A DNA stretch of 63,527 nt, counting the filler. It is 6 parts of 6 records of this genome, joined end to end, with 100 filler letters (N's around TTAATTAATTAA, not from the genome) between each part and the next. Parts side by side here need not be neighbours in the genome. Positions count along the whole stretch, not along the records: positions 1 to 18,385 come from SRR20825010_4522; positions 18,486 to 32,126 come from SRR20825010_4534; 4 more parts are not named here. One strand, 5' to 3'. Of the stretch, positions 10,729-21,259 are shown one piece after another. Made by a program: the position numbers and the translations under genes. The first letter of the stretch is position 1, and every line of letters starts with the position of its first letter. The notes under the pieces are model-generated. The model searched no databases, was not told where the DNA came from, and saw only the letters and a program-made list of their open reading frames with translations.

Positions 10729-11550
10729 TCAGGTGGCGGTGCTAGACGAGGTCTCGCCTTCGTCCTCGTCATCATCGTCGTCATCGGCCTGAGTGCCGCG
10801 CCTTTTTTCGATGATGCGCGCGCCGATAATCGAGATCTCGTAGAGAATCGCGACCGGAATGGCGAGCAGGATCTGGGAGATCACGTCCGGCGGCGTCAGC
10901 ACGGCGGCGACGACGAACGCGATGAGAATCGCATATTTCCGCTTCTTGGCGAGCCCCTCGGAACTCACCATGCCGACCTTGGCCAGCAGGATGATCAGAA
11001 CGGGCAACTCGAAACAGACGCCAAAGGCGAAAATCAGACGCATCACCAGCGAGAGATATTGATCGACCTTCGGCTCAAGCACCAGCGGCAGAGACCCATC
11101 CGTGCCCGGATGTTCGAAGCCGAGGAAAAATTTCCAGGCCAGCGGAATGACCAGGTAATAGACCATGGCCGCGCCGATGGTGAACAGGATCGGCGTTGCG
11201 ATCAGAAACGGCAGGAATGCGGTCTTCTCGTCCTTGTAGAGACCGGGCGCTATGAAGCTCCAGAGCTGCATCGAGATGATCGGGAAAGCCAGGCAGGCAG
11301 CGGCAAAAAAGGCGACCTTCAGGTAGGTAAAGAAAGCCTCGTGCAGCGCCGTATAGATCATCCGCCGGCCGGGCTCACCTTCGGTCAGGCTGGCAAGCGG
11401 TTCGACCAGAAACGAGAAAATAGGTTCCGCGAAAGCATAGCAGATGAAGAAAGCGACGATGAAAGTGGCAAAGGAATAGATCAGGCGACTGCGCAATTCG
11501 ACCAGATGGTCCAGCAGCGGCATCCGCTTCTCTTCGATATCCTCACTCAT
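10729..11550 (-). CDS. tatC: Twin-arginine translocase subunit TatC
   Basis: MPLLDHLVELRSRL, FIAPGLY, FELP, TPPD. Confidence 0.97.
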   Translation of the reverse strand: MSEDIEEKRMPLLDHLVELRSRLIYSFATFIVAFFICYAFAEPIFSFLVEPLASLTEGEPGRRMIYTALHEAFFTYLKVAFFAAACLAFPIISMQLWSFIAPGLYKDEKTAFLPFLIATPILFTIGAAMVYYLVIPLAWKFFLGFEHPGTDGSLPLVLEPKVDQYLSLVMRLIFAFGVCFELPVLIILLAKVGMVSSEGLAKKRKYAILIAFVVAAVLTPPDVISQILLAIPVAILYEISIIGARIIEKRRGTQADDDDDDEDEGETSSSTAT

Positions 11551-11553
11551 GGA

Positions 11554-12054
11554 TTATTGTCCTGCCGCGGTGCTTTCCTGCCCGCTCTTACCGTCAGATT
11601 TAGAGGGGGTCGCTTCGGCCGATTTGGCTGTATCCGGAGCTTTTGTCTCGACCTTGGTTTCAGTCTTGGTTTTGGGCTTGGCTTCAGACTTAGCCGCTTC
11701 TACCGGGGCCGCTTCTACCGGGGCCGCTTCTACCGGGCGAGAAGATGCAACATCCCGCGCCTGACTGGCGATGCGCTCCATCTCCTTCTTGGTGTCCCCT
11801 TCCGGGTCCACCCAGTCGTTGATGCGCTTTTCGAAATCTCCGCTGGAGATACTTTTGGCTTCCTTGCGGAGGTCGTCGAGTTCGGCCTCGCGGGCGACTT
11901 CTTCCAGACTGTTCTGAAAATCACGCGCGATCGACCGCGCCTTCCGGAGATAGGTGCTGACCGAGCGTACGACGCGCGGCAGGTCACGGGGGCCAACAAC
12001 GACCACCGCGACAAACGCGATCAGCATAAATTCCTGCCAGCCGAGATCAAACAT
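11554..12054 (-). CDS. tatB: Twin-arginine translocase subunit TatB
   Basis: MFDLGWQE...VVVGPRDLP. Confidence 0.95.
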   Translation of the reverse strand: MFDLGWQEFMLIAFVAVVVVGPRDLPRVVRSVSTYLRKARSIARDFQNSLEEVAREAELDDLRKEAKSISSGDFEKRINDWVDPEGDTKKEMERIASQARDVASSRPVEAAPVEAAPVEAAKSEAKPKTKTETKVETKAPDTAKSAEATPSKSDGKSGQESTAAGQ

Positions 12055-12143
12055 CAGCGCATACCATTATTCACGCCACGGTACCTGTGGGCCCGTACGT
12101 GGTCAGTTTCCGGCAGAACCGCCGGTTAACCAGGAGGGGTCCG

Positions 12144-12383
12144 TCAGCTTTTCTGTGCTTCATCAGCCTTGGGCTGCGCAGCAGTGGACTGCTCGGAATT
12201 GAGGCTCTTCGAGGAATCACCCTCGGCTGCCTGATCCCCGTCCTCATCCTTGATGCTTTTCTTGAAGTTACGCAGGCCCTTGCCGAAATCGCCCATCAGC
12301 GAGGAAATCTTCCCGCTACCGCCGAAAAGTACAACGACGACCAGCAAGACAACGAGCCAATGCCAAATACTACCGAATCCCAT
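12144..12383 (-). CDS. tatA: Twin-arginine translocase subunit TatA
   Basis: [17 protein letters not shown]...[13 protein letters not shown]. Confidence 0.96.
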   Translation of the reverse strand: MGFGSIWHWLVVLLVVVVLFGGSGKISSLMGDFGKGLRNFKKSIKDEDGDQAAEGDSSKSLNSEQSTAAQPKADEAQKS

Positions 12384-12498
12384 GAGCGAACGCTCCCGTC
12401 TGTCTAGATTTGTTACATCCCGTAACGGGACTTTTGCCGTATATAGGCATGATCATAGGTCCACTGCAATGTCCCGCGGGGCTTTTCGCCTAACGAAT

Positions 12499-13572
12499 TC
12501 AACCGTGCTGCGCGGGAAACACGAAGATTTGCCCAAGGTCGAATTCCACACGCAGCCGTGTACCGGCTTCCGGCAGGAATATACCGGGCATGCGAGAGTG
12601 GAAATGCCACTCCCTCGTGCCGCCGTTTTCACCGGATTCGACATGCAAGTGGATCAGGCTGCTGCGTCCGAGCAGGCGCGCCTGCATAACCTTGGCAGTA
12701 TAAATGTTCTCGCCTGCTTGCAGGGCAGTCACACGCAGACCTTCAGGCCGCACAATGACCGTTGCCTGTGTACCCTCCGGCAAATTCCCTGCTCCAGCCG
12801 GACCTAGGGGTGTCTCGACATGGCCATCCCTCACCGGCCCCGTAAAAGCGTTCACTTCGCCGAAGAAGCCAGCGACGAATGCCGAGTTCGGATAACAGTA
12901 AAGGCTATGGGGAGAGCCTTCCTGCACGATCCGTCCATCGCGCATGACGGCGATCCGGTCCGCCATGAACATGGCTTCTTCCGGGTCATGCGTGACCATC
13001 AGCGTGGCGGCCCCACTTTCCTTCAGAAGATGCAGCACATCATCACGCACCTGGGCCCGAAGCGCGCTGTCCAGCCCCGAATAAGGCTCATCCAGCAGAA
13101 TGATGCGCGGATTTGGTGCAAGTGCCCGCGCCAGCGCAACGCGCTGCTGCTGGCCGCCAGACAACTCATGCGGAAATTTGTTTGCGGCGCTGTCCATACC
13201 GACACGGCGCAATTCAGTAAGCGCTTTCTCCCGGCGGAGCGGCTTTGCCAGATCCGAAAGGCCGAAAGCCACATTGTCGGCCACGCTCAGATGCGGAAAC
13301 AATGCGTAATCCTGAAAAACCAAGCCAATACCGCGCTGCTCGGGCGGGATTTGCCGGCCAGGCCCTGCAACTTCAGCTTCTCCCATCAGCACCCGGCCGG
13401 TTTGCAGTGGCTCCAAGCCGGCCGCAATACGGAGCGCCGTGGTTTTCCCGCAGCCGGATGGCCCCAGCAGACAGACCACCTCACCTTGCGCGATATCCAG
13501 GGTCAGATCATCGACAACACGAATATTGTCAAACTGATGACTAACGCCCTGCAGACGAAGAACAGACGTCAT
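12499..13572 (-). CDS. ABC transporter ATP-binding protein, Fe3+/FbpC-like
   Basis: GPSGCGKTT, VFQDYALFPH, LSGGQQQRVALARAL, C-terminal TOBE-like region. Confidence 0.88.
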   Translation of the reverse strand: MTSVLRLQGVSHQFDNIRVVDDLTLDIAQGEVVCLLGPSGCGKTTALRIAAGLEPLQTGRVLMGEAEVAGPGRQIPPEQRGIGLVFQDYALFPHLSVADNVAFGLSDLAKPLRREKALTELRRVGMDSAANKFPHELSGGQQQRVALARALAPNPRIILLDEPYSGLDSALRAQVRDDVLHLLKESGAATLMVTHDPEEAMFMADRIAVMRDGRIVQEGSPHSLYCYPNSAFVAGFFGEVNAFTGPVRDGHVETPLGPAGAGNLPEGTQATVIVRPEGLRVTALQAGENIYTAKVMQARLLGRSSLIHLHVESGENGGTREWHFHSRMPGIFLPEAGTRLRVEFDLGQIFVFPAQHG

Positions 13573-13711
13573 TCTTCGTTCCCGCCTCTGATGCTTGTAG
13601 GGATTGATCCTGTACGCGGTGAAACGCGATTAATTTGCAATGTCATGACAGACAGGGAGGTATCAGAAGGCGCAGAAGGGCTCAAGCGCAGAACTGATCA
13701 CATCTTTGGCC

Positions 13712-14371
13712 TTATGCCCCGTCCTCGGTCTCCAGCAGGTCAAATTGGCCATCATCCTCGTCCTCACCGTCATCCGGATCGATATCATTGTCATCGCCCA
13801 TGGTGATCGAGGTCAGGCCCGGCCGCTTGTCCAGCATGCCGGTAGCCTTCAGCTCTTCCAAGCCCGGCAGGTCGCTGAGAGCCGTCAGACCGAAATGATC
13901 GAGGAAGGCTTCCGTCGTGCCCCAGGTCAACGGCCGCCCCGGCACCTGACGCCGTCCGCGCGGCTGAATCCAGCCCGCTTCAAGCAGGGCATCCAGCGTT
14001 CCCTTGCTGACAGCAACACCGCGAATTTCTTCGATATCCGCCCGTGTGACCGGCTCATGATAGGCAACGATGGACAGGGTTTCGACCGCCGCACGGGACA
14101 GCTTCCGGCGCACGGCCATCTCGACCCGCAACGCGTCTCCCAGATCGGGAGCGGTCCGGAAAGCCCAGCGGTCCTTGATCTGCACAAGATGCACGCCGCG
14201 TGCGGCATAGCGTGTCTGCAACTTCTCCAGAACGCTTTCAGCGGACACGCCATCGGGCAGCCGTTCGGCAATTTCAGAGACCGGCAACGGGTCCTTGCTG
14301 GCGAACAACAGGGCCTCGACAATCCGTTCGGCCCGGCTTGGCCCGGTGTTTTCAGGGATTTCAGAACTCAC
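13712..14371 (-). CDS. scpB: SMC-Scp complex subunit ScpB
   Basis: VEALLFAS, LSRAAVETLSIVAY, IEEIRGV, TTEAFLDHFGL. Confidence 0.96.
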   Translation of the reverse strand: MSSEIPENTGPSRAERIVEALLFASKDPLPVSEIAERLPDGVSAESVLEKLQTRYAARGVHLVQIKDRWAFRTAPDLGDALRVEMAVRRKLSRAAVETLSIVAYHEPVTRADIEEIRGVAVSKGTLDALLEAGWIQPRGRRQVPGRPLTWGTTEAFLDHFGLTALSDLPGLEELKATGMLDKRPGLTSITMGDDNDIDPDDGEDEDDGQFDLLETEDGA

Positions 14372-15162
14372 GCATCACCCTCCCGGGAGCGGAAGTAGAT
14401 CGGGGCGAAGTTGCCGGCCTGATTAATCTCCGCCTTTCCGTCCTTCACCAGTTGCAGGGAGGCAACAAAGGTCGAGGCGACGGCGGAGCGCAGGCGTAAG
14501 CCCTTTCGCAGACCGCTCGGCAGGAAGGAGAACAGGGTTTGCCATTCCGGCACGGCGCCGAGCACGCGGCTCAACCGCTGGACCGCATCTTCAACGGAAT
14601 AGAGATGTGTCGCCTCAATGCGCAGGGCCAGCCTGTCGTGGCGCACCCGGTGATCGGCATAGGCCCGCAACAACTCATAGAGTGTCACGTCATAGATCGG
14701 GCGTTTGCGCACGGAAATGCTTTCGCCCTGCCCCCTGGCGAAGAAGTCCGCACCGAACTGCGGGCGGGACATCAGGGCCTCACCAGCCTGCTGCATCGCT
14801 TCCAGCCGCATGAGCTGGAACCGCAAAGCCTCGGCCATGTCTTCCGGGCTCTGCTCCTCCTCTTCCTTCTCGTCCGGCGGCAGAAGCAGACGCGATTTCA
14901 GATAGGCGAGCCAGGCGGCCATCACCAGATAATCGGCGGCGAGTTCAAGATTGAGTTTCTGGGCCTGATTGACGAAGCCGAGATACTGTTCCGCAAGCTG
15001 CAGAACAGAAACATGGATAAGATCGACCTTCTGGTCCCGTGCCAGCTGCAACAGAACATCGATAGGCCCTTCGAAACCGTCGATATTCAGAAACAGCGAA
15101 AGCTGGACCGGCTCCCGCCTGCGGCGGTGTTCCGGAACAGGGCTTTCGAAACCGTCGCTCAT
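14368..15162 (-). CDS. scpA: Segregation/condensation protein ScpA
   Basis: FEGPIDVLLQL, ADYLVMAAWLAYLKSRLLLP. Confidence 0.96.
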   Translation of the reverse strand: MSDGFESPVPEHRRRREPVQLSLFLNIDGFEGPIDVLLQLARDQKVDLIHVSVLQLAEQYLGFVNQAQKLNLELAADYLVMAAWLAYLKSRLLLPPDEKEEEEQSPEDMAEALRFQLMRLEAMQQAGEALMSRPQFGADFFARGQGESISVRKRPIYDVTLYELLRAYADHRVRHDRLALRIEATHLYSVEDAVQRLSRVLGAVPEWQTLFSFLPSGLRKGLRLRSAVASTFVASLQLVKDGKAEINQAGNFAPIYFRSREGDA

Positions 15163-15170
15163 TCCCCGCC

Positions 15171-15878
15171 TCAGAGTTGTCCCGTAAGCATCAGGATGAA
15201 GTGTAGCAGATATTTCACGCAGAACATGATGAGCTGCATGGCGTAGCCGAGATCAAGGCCGATTTCCCGGCCGATATAGGGCAGCAGGAACATCAACCCG
15301 ATAACGATGAACAGGCCGTAGCGTTCGAGCTTGGAATAGCGGACAGCCAGTTCGTAAGGCAGCAACCCTGTGACGATCCGTCCGCCATCAAGCGGCGGAA
15401 TCGGCATCATGTTGAACACGGCCAGTACGAGATTGAGCAGAATACCGTTGATCAGCGTCGCCTGCCACCAGGCGCTGAACCAGTCCGGGAACCAGGGAAC
15501 CGTGTGCAGCAGTGCGGCGGCACAGAAGGCCAGCACCACATTGATGGCCGGTCCGGCGGCGGCAACCAGCATCATGTCGCGGCGCGGATTGTTCAGCCGG
15601 GAGACGGCAACGGGGACCGGCTTGGCATATCCAAAAACGAAAGGTGCCCCGGCCAGTGCCCAGCCTGAAATCAGACACAGCATCGGCAAAATAATCGTGC
15701 CGAACTTGTCGATATGGGCAAAGGGGTTGAGCGTTACACGCCCCAGCAGCCGGGCCGTCGGGTCGCCCAGCATATTGGCGACATAAGCATGGGCCGCCTC
15801 ATGCAGCGTGATCGCTATCAGGACCGGCAAAGCCCAGATCGATGCGGTGAAAAGGACGTTCGAAATCAGGTCTTCCAT
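15171..15878 (-). CDS. Site-2 protease family (M50) membrane metalloprotease
   Basis: HEAAH, AAAGP, FNMMPIPPLDGG. Confidence 0.93.
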   Translation of the reverse strand: MEDLISNVLFTASIWALPVLIAITLHEAAHAYVANMLGDPTARLLGRVTLNPFAHIDKFGTIILPMLCLISGWALAGAPFVFGYAKPVPVAVSRLNNPRRDMMLVAAAGPAINVVLAFCAAALLHTVPWFPDWFSAWWQATLINGILLNLVLAVFNMMPIPPLDGGRIVTGLLPYELAVRYSKLERYGLFIVIGLMFLLPYIGREIGLDLGYAMQLIMFCVKYLLHFILMLTGQL

Positions 15879-16906
15879 CAGGTCACGGCCTGACCGGTAC
15901 CCGTGAGCTCTGCAAAGGAAGCAAGCAATTCCTCGAACGGCATCGGCCGGGAGTCCCTTCGTATGCGATCGAGGAAGCCGAGAACGGCTTCAGCCCGCGC
16001 TAATGCGGCACCGGAAAGCACCGGGGCTGCTCCGGCGACGGTCTGCATTTCGGCCATGTCCCCGTTACAATGCAGGACGACATCGCATCCCGCTTCAAGG
16101 GCACGCGCTGCGGAAATCTCCAGCGGGTCCGCCAGAGCCTTCATCGAAATATCGTCGCTCATCAGCAGGCCATCGAAACCGATTCCCGTCCGGATAATAT
16201 CGCCGATGACCGTAGGAGACACTGTAGCCACCCGCTCCGGATCCAGCGCCTCATAGATCACATGCGCCGTCATCGCCATCGGCAGGTCCCTGAGGGCCTT
16301 GAACGGCGCAAAATCGATGGCTGTCAGCTCAGTCAGGGCCGTATCGACCCGTGGCAAGGCGTGGTGGCTGTCAACGCCTGCCCGGCCATGTCCGGGGATA
16401 TGCTTCATCACGGGGGCCACGCCGCCGGCTGCAAGCCCTTCCGACTGCGCACGTCCAAGCCGCGAAACGATCTCGGGCGTATAGGCAAAAGCACGGTCAC
16501 CGATGACATCATGGGCACCATCCTGCCGTACATCCAGCAGCGGCAGACAATCGACATCAACACCGCAGGCCGAGAGTTCGGCGGCAATCAGCCGGGCATT
16601 GACCCGTGCCGCTTGCTCCGCCCGCACGGGGTCTTCGGCATAGAGTTCACCAAACATGGAGGCAGGCGGCGCGGCACGCCATTGCGGCGGTTTCAGGCGT
16701 TGAACCCGCCCGCCTTCCTGATCGATCAGCACCGGAGCATGACGGCCAACACAATCGCGCAGGTCTTCCGTCAGCATCCGGATCTGTTCGGCGCTTTCGC
16801 AATTGCGCTGGAACAGGATGAAACCGAAAGGATCGGTATCAATGAAAAACTGCCGCTCGGCCCGGTTCAGTTCCGGTCCGGCACAGCCAAGAATCAGGGC
16901 GCGCAT
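15878..16906 (-). CDS. nagZ: Beta-N-acetylhexosaminidase NagZ (GH3)
   Basis: IDQEGGRVQRL, KHIPGHG...DSH, SDDISM. Confidence 0.94.
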   Translation of the reverse strand: MRALILGCAGPELNRAERQFFIDTDPFGFILFQRNCESAEQIRMLTEDLRDCVGRHAPVLIDQEGGRVQRLKPPQWRAAPPASMFGELYAEDPVRAEQAARVNARLIAAELSACGVDVDCLPLLDVRQDGAHDVIGDRAFAYTPEIVSRLGRAQSEGLAAGGVAPVMKHIPGHGRAGVDSHHALPRVDTALTELTAIDFAPFKALRDLPMAMTAHVIYEALDPERVATVSPTVIGDIIRTGIGFDGLLMSDDISMKALADPLEISAARALEAGCDVVLHCNGDMAEMQTVAGAAPVLSGAALARAEAVLGFLDRIRRDSRPMPFEELLASFAELTGTGQAVT

Positions 16907-16920
16907 TGGCGTTTCCCGTT

Positions 16921-17853
16921 TTAGCGTTTCACCACGAGGCAGGCCTGGCCCTTTGCCTTCAGGGCCGCACAGGCATCCCGCGCCGCACTTTCGGTCAACG
17001 GGCCGCCCTGGACACGGAAAAACACGCCATTGGAAGTGGTCACCCGCTGATAGGTCGGGCTTAGTCCGCTCAGGAGGGAGCTGTTTCCGGCCTGGACGCG
17101 CTTCCATTCTTTTTCCGCCGCATCTTCAGTACGAAGGGCCGCGATCTGAATGTTAAAGCCCCCACTCGCCACGGCCTTCGGGGCCGGAGCGGGCGCTGGG
17201 GCCGGTTCCGCGGCCGGTTTTGGTGCGACAGGTGCCGCAACTTTCGGCGCCGGCGCCGGCTCTTCCGCCTTGGCCGGCGGTACGGCTGGTGGTGGTGGTG
17301 GCGGGACCAGAGCTTTGCTCGTAGTCTCTTCCGGTTTTTTAGCCGGCGGGATTGCAGCGGTTGCCGTTGATCCTGTCTGAGGTGCCGGCGGCGTTTCCAC
17401 AGAGGCGCTCGGAGCCGGTGTTGGTGCCGGAGCTTCTGCAGCGTTACTTGCCGGAATGTTCAGCGGCTCTGGCGGCGGCAGAGGCGTTTCCGGGGGCGGC
17501 AGCAGCCTCTCGACCCGGTTTTGCCCGTTCTGCGCCCCACGGCCGGAGCCGAGGTCGTCGAGCACCAGCTTGTCCTGGTGCGGAACTTCCATCCCGCCCG
17601 GAGAAGCCGGCCGGACTTTCGTTGGTTCCGTCCCGGCCTTGATCAGCGGGGCGGCGGTTTCACTGCCGATGCGGCGCCCTTGATCATAGGCGTACCAGAC
17701 AACGCCAGCAAAGGCTGCAACGGCAAGCGTCGCGGCAAGGATGGTCAATCCCCTACCCTTGTTCTTTTCTTCGGACATGAGCGGCGGCGGGCCGGGACGG
17801 TCCTCTTCGTCGATCATCCGCGGCCGTTCCGGCGCTCCCGAATGCAAGCTCAT
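16921..17853 (-). CDS. SPOR-domain membrane protein (FtsN-like)
   Basis: Single TM, Pro-rich linker, C-terminal SPOR with C..LKAKGQAC; between argS and nagZ. Confidence 0.85.
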   Translation of the reverse strand: MSLHSGAPERPRMIDEEDRPGPPPLMSEEKNKGRGLTILAATLAVAAFAGVVWYAYDQGRRIGSETAAPLIKAGTEPTKVRPASPGGMEVPHQDKLVLDDLGSGRGAQNGQNRVERLLPPPETPLPPPEPLNIPASNAAEAPAPTPAPSASVETPPAPQTGSTATAAIPPAKKPEETTSKALVPPPPPPAVPPAKAEEPAPAPKVAAPVAPKPAAEPAPAPAPAPKAVASGGFNIQIAALRTEDAAEKEWKRVQAGNSSLLSGLSPTYQRVTTSNGVFFRVQGGPLTESAARDACAALKAKGQACLVVKR

Positions 17854-18385
17854 GCGCGCAGCTCCTCCACGGGTTCAACCCCGATAACTTTCAGGCCGGA
17901 CGCGATGACCGTCTGCGTTGCCCGGACCAGCGCGAGCCGGGCCATCGTCAACTCGGGATCATTATCGACCAGGAACCTCAAAGTCGTGTCTTCCTTGCCC
18001 TTGTTCCACAAACCGTGGAAACCAGCGGCGACCTCGCCGAGATAGAAGGCGATCCGGTGCGGTTCGTGCGCTTCGGCGGCGCCTTCGACCGTGCGAGGCC
18101 ATCCGAGTAACAGTTTCATGAGACCAAGCTCGGCCGGATCGGTCAAGCCGTCGAGCACTACCGGGGCCAGCCCGGCATGGGAAAGATCGGCTCCATCAAG
18201 CGCTTCAGCGGCATGACGCAGGACCGAATGGCAGCGCGCATGGGCATATTGCACATAGAAAACAGGGTTTTCCCGGCTCTGCTCGGTGACTTTCTTGAAA
18301 TCGAAGTCGAGGGTCTGGTCGTTCCGCCGGGTCAGCATGATGAAGCGCAAGACGTCCTTGCCGACCGAATCGATGACATCGCGCA
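17850..18385 (-). CDS. argS: Arginine--tRNA ligase, C-terminal part (truncated at contig end)
   Basis: LDFDF...[21 protein letters not shown] (DALR domain). Confidence 0.95.
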
Positions 18386-18485
18386 NNNNNNNNNNNNNNN
18401 NNNNNNNNNNNNNNNNNNNNNNNNNNNNNTTAATTAATTAANNNNNNNNNNNNNNNNNNNNNNNNNNNNNNNNNNNNNNNNNNNN
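18386..18485. other. Artificial contig linker
   Basis: 44 N + TTAATTAATTAA (stops in all six frames) + 44 N. Confidence 0.99.
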
Positions 18486-18582
18486 AGAGAGCCTAAAGGC
18501 GTAATCCGACATTGGCCTGAAACGAAAGACGCCCCAACATGTGGGGCGCCCGAGCGATAACACCATTTCGGTTAGCGAACCA

Positions 18583-20667
18583 TTACACCGGCTTCACACT
18601 CCCGTCGCCTTCTCCATTATTGCCTTCACTGTCGTCACCGGGTTGATCGCGCAGCAGGTCATCGTGCTCCGCCATTTCCCAGGGCAGCTTGCCCGGGGCC
18701 ACATTCAGGAAGTGCAGATAGTTTTCAAACTGGTCGAGCATATCGCGGATGATATCCACCTCATCGTAACCGAACACATCGTAGGAACGGCCGCCACGGC
18801 GCAGGAACACCTCGGCGCGGCAATACTCATGAGCATCGCTCACCTTGGCCTCGCGGCTGCTGTAGGCGTATTCCGGCACCGGCGTGGTAATCAGGCGAAT
18901 ATCATAGATAAAGCCCACATGCTCATCGCGGTTCACCACCAGCTCGGCACGGATAAACTGCTCGTCGAAATCCACCGCCGCATCCCAGCCAGCCTTGCGC
19001 AGCTCTTCGACCACCTTGGTCATACTGCCCATGGCAGTCTCACGGATGAAGGCTTCCACTTCTTCCCGGGTAGGGTAACGAATCATGGCAGTAAGACGGT
19101 GGCGCCACTGACTGCCCGTCATATGGCGACTATGGGCCATATGCGCCTGCAAGCTGGTTTCCCGATGCCCTTCAATCACCAGCGCCCGCCACATCCCCAC
19201 GGCGGCCAGCAGAATGATGATCGCAAACGGCAACGCACTTACCATGGTCATGGTTTGCAGTGCGCTCAAGCCGCCAGCCAACAACAGCACAGACGCGATG
19301 GCACCTTCCAGTACCGCCCAGAAAATCCGCTGCCAGGCCGGGGTTTCCAGCACGCCACCAGACGCCAGGGAATCCACCACCAGCGAGCCGGAATCCGACG
19401 ACGTCACAAAGAAGGTCACAATCAGGCACACCGCAAGGAACGACACCAGCGTGGACCAGGGCAGGTGATCGAACAGCTGGAACAGGGCCACCGCCTTGTC
19501 CGCCTGCACCTGGCTGACCAGCTCGGTATAGCCTTGCTCCATGATCACATTCAGTGCCGTATCGCCGAATACCGAGAACCACAGGAAGGTAAAGATACTG
19601 GGCACCAGCATTACCCCCACCACAAACTGGCGAATGGTTCGGCCACGGCTGATTTTTGCAATAAACAAACCTACAAACGGGGCCCAGGCAATAGTCCAGC
19701 TGAAGATAAACAGCGTCCAGTTACCAATCCAGTCGCTGTGGGTATACGCCTGCAGGTTAAAGGTCCGCTCGACAATATTGCTCAAATAGCTCCCGGTATT
19801 CTGCACAAAGCTTTCCAGAATATGCACCGTCGGGCCGACCACGAACACGAACAGCATCAGCACCACGGCGAGCACCATATTCAGAATCGACAGGCGCTTC
19901 ACCCCCTTGTCCATCCCTGCTACCACCGACACTGTGGCCAGCGCGGTCACAATGACAATTGCGCTGATCTGTACCGTGTTGCCCACCGGCACATCCCACA
20001 GATAATTCAGCCCGGCATTAATCTGCGCCGCCGACAAACCCAGGGTGGTGGCGATACCGAACATGGTGCCCAGAATGGCAAACACGTCAATGGCATGACC
20101 GATTGGGCCGTAAATTTTTTCACCGATGAGCGGATAAAACGCTGAGCGCATGGACAACGGCAAACCGTGACGGAAGGCGAAATACGCCATCACCAAACCG
20201 ACCAGCCCGTAAATCGCCCAGATATGGAAGCCCCAGTGGAAGAACGCAATCTGCATGGCCTGCTTCGCCGCATCCACCGTTTGCGCCGCGCCCACTGGCG
20301 GCTCGGCATAATGCAGCACAGGTTCGGCCACACCGAAGAACAACAGCGCGATGCCATAACCCGCCGAGAACAACATGGCGAACCATTCCGGGAACGAATA
20401 CTCCGCCTCACAATGATCTGGCCCCAGCTTGATATTGCCCCACGAGGTCAAACTGATGCCGACAATGAAGATAAAGAACAACGCCACCACCAGCATATAG
20501 AACCAACCGAAGGTTTCGGTGATCCAGGCTTGGGCAGAAGAAAACACCTCTCCAGCTAACTCAGGGTCACTGATGGTGCCAATAATCAGCAATAAAGAAA
20601 CAATCACCGCCGGCAAAAAAACCGGTACCAGAATCGTTGAATTACGCATTATTCCCTTGTCAGCCAT
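18583..20667 (-). CDS. betT: BCCT family choline/glycine betaine transporter
   Basis: WFAMLFSAG.GI.LLFFGVAEP, FFHWG.H.W, WAPFVGLFIAKISRGRTIR, long BetT-type C-tail. Confidence 0.9.
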   Translation of the reverse strand: MADKGIMRNSTILVPVFLPAVIVSLLLIIGTISDPELAGEVFSSAQAWITETFGWFYMLVVALFFIFIVGISLTSWGNIKLGPDHCEAEYSFPEWFAMLFSAGYGIALLFFGVAEPVLHYAEPPVGAAQTVDAAKQAMQIAFFHWGFHIWAIYGLVGLVMAYFAFRHGLPLSMRSAFYPLIGEKIYGPIGHAIDVFAILGTMFGIATTLGLSAAQINAGLNYLWDVPVGNTVQISAIVIVTALATVSVVAGMDKGVKRLSILNMVLAVVLMLFVFVVGPTVHILESFVQNTGSYLSNIVERTFNLQAYTHSDWIGNWTLFIFSWTIAWAPFVGLFIAKISRGRTIRQFVVGVMLVPSIFTFLWFSVFGDTALNVIMEQGYTELVSQVQADKAVALFQLFDHLPWSTLVSFLAVCLIVTFFVTSSDSGSLVVDSLASGGVLETPAWQRIFWAVLEGAIASVLLLAGGLSALQTMTMVSALPFAIIILLAAVGMWRALVIEGHRETSLQAHMAHSRHMTGSQWRHRLTAMIRYPTREEVEAFIRETAMGSMTKVVEELRKAGWDAAVDFDEQFIRAELVVNRDEHVGFIYDIRLITTPVPEYAYSSREAKVSDAHEYCRAEVFLRRGGRSYDVFGYDEVDIIRDMLDQFENYLHFLNVAPGKLPWEMAEHDDLLRDQPGDDSEGNNGEGDGSVKPV

Positions 20668-20834
20668 ATTTCGTCCCTGCCGTTAGTCTGCTGAAGCGTG
20701 GAAACTTCTACCCTATAGATATCTTTATCCTGCTTCCACTAGCTGGTTACACGCAGTCACTATATGCCCGCACGACTTTTCGCTAGGCTTTGCTCTCCTT
20801 GAATCTACTGCAAAGCCTTAGAGCATCAGTCACC

Positions 20835-21218
20835 ATGCGCCAGTCACTCTTTACGCTCCTCACCCTGTTTGCATTAACCTCAACAATCCAGGCCGATGAG
20901 CCGGACTGCAAGCTCAAGATTCTTCACAGTGCCATCGGCGCCAACCACAGCTTCAGACTGAAAGTGACTTGTAGCGGCAGATATAACACTTTGACTTATT
21001 TGCTACGAGCCCAAAAAACCATCAACGGCGTCACACTCATCGACAGCGAAAGCGGGGAGCTCTACATTCGTGGGGACAGCCAGACCACCGGCGAGATTAC
21101 TCTTGATATGCAAGAAGGCGACATGGTCAGTGTTGAGGCCCGAATTCTTCAAGCCTGCGAAGTGCTGGGGGAAACCACTCTGGAATACACACACAAAAAA
21201 TCACCGCAACCCCTCTGA
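20835..21218 (+). CDS. Secreted beta-rich protein, possibly CsgH/CsgC-like
   Basis: Signal peptide MRQSLFTLLTLFALTSTIQA, alternating beta-strand pattern, three Cys; the family assignment is inference. Confidence 0.6.
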   Translation: MRQSLFTLLTLFALTSTIQADEPDCKLKILHSAIGANHSFRLKVTCSGRYNTLTYLLRAQKTINGVTLIDSESGELYIRGDSQTTGEITLDMQEGDMVSVEARILQACEVLGETTLEYTHKKSPQPL

Positions 21219-21259
21219 TCTGAGCTTTACCGCCGACAGCATAGCCAACCAGCCTGCGC

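Noticed and set aside
11693..11737. 15-bp triple tandem repeat in tatB
   Set aside because: In-frame PVEAA repeat in the low-complexity TatB tail; ordinary
10378..12129. 583-aa plus-strand ORF
   Set aside because: Antisense shadow of serS/tatC/tatB in high-GC DNA; no motifs
18430..18441. Recurrent TTAATTAATTAA palindrome as a biological repeat
   Set aside because: Synthetic linker flanked by Ns
18497..18512. AGGCGTAATCCGAC REP-like half site
   Set aside because: At the contig edge, partner arm not visible, single copy
18541..20145. 534-aa plus-strand ORF
   Set aside because: Antisense shadow of betT; the same applies to the long antisense ORFs over gcvPB and gcvT
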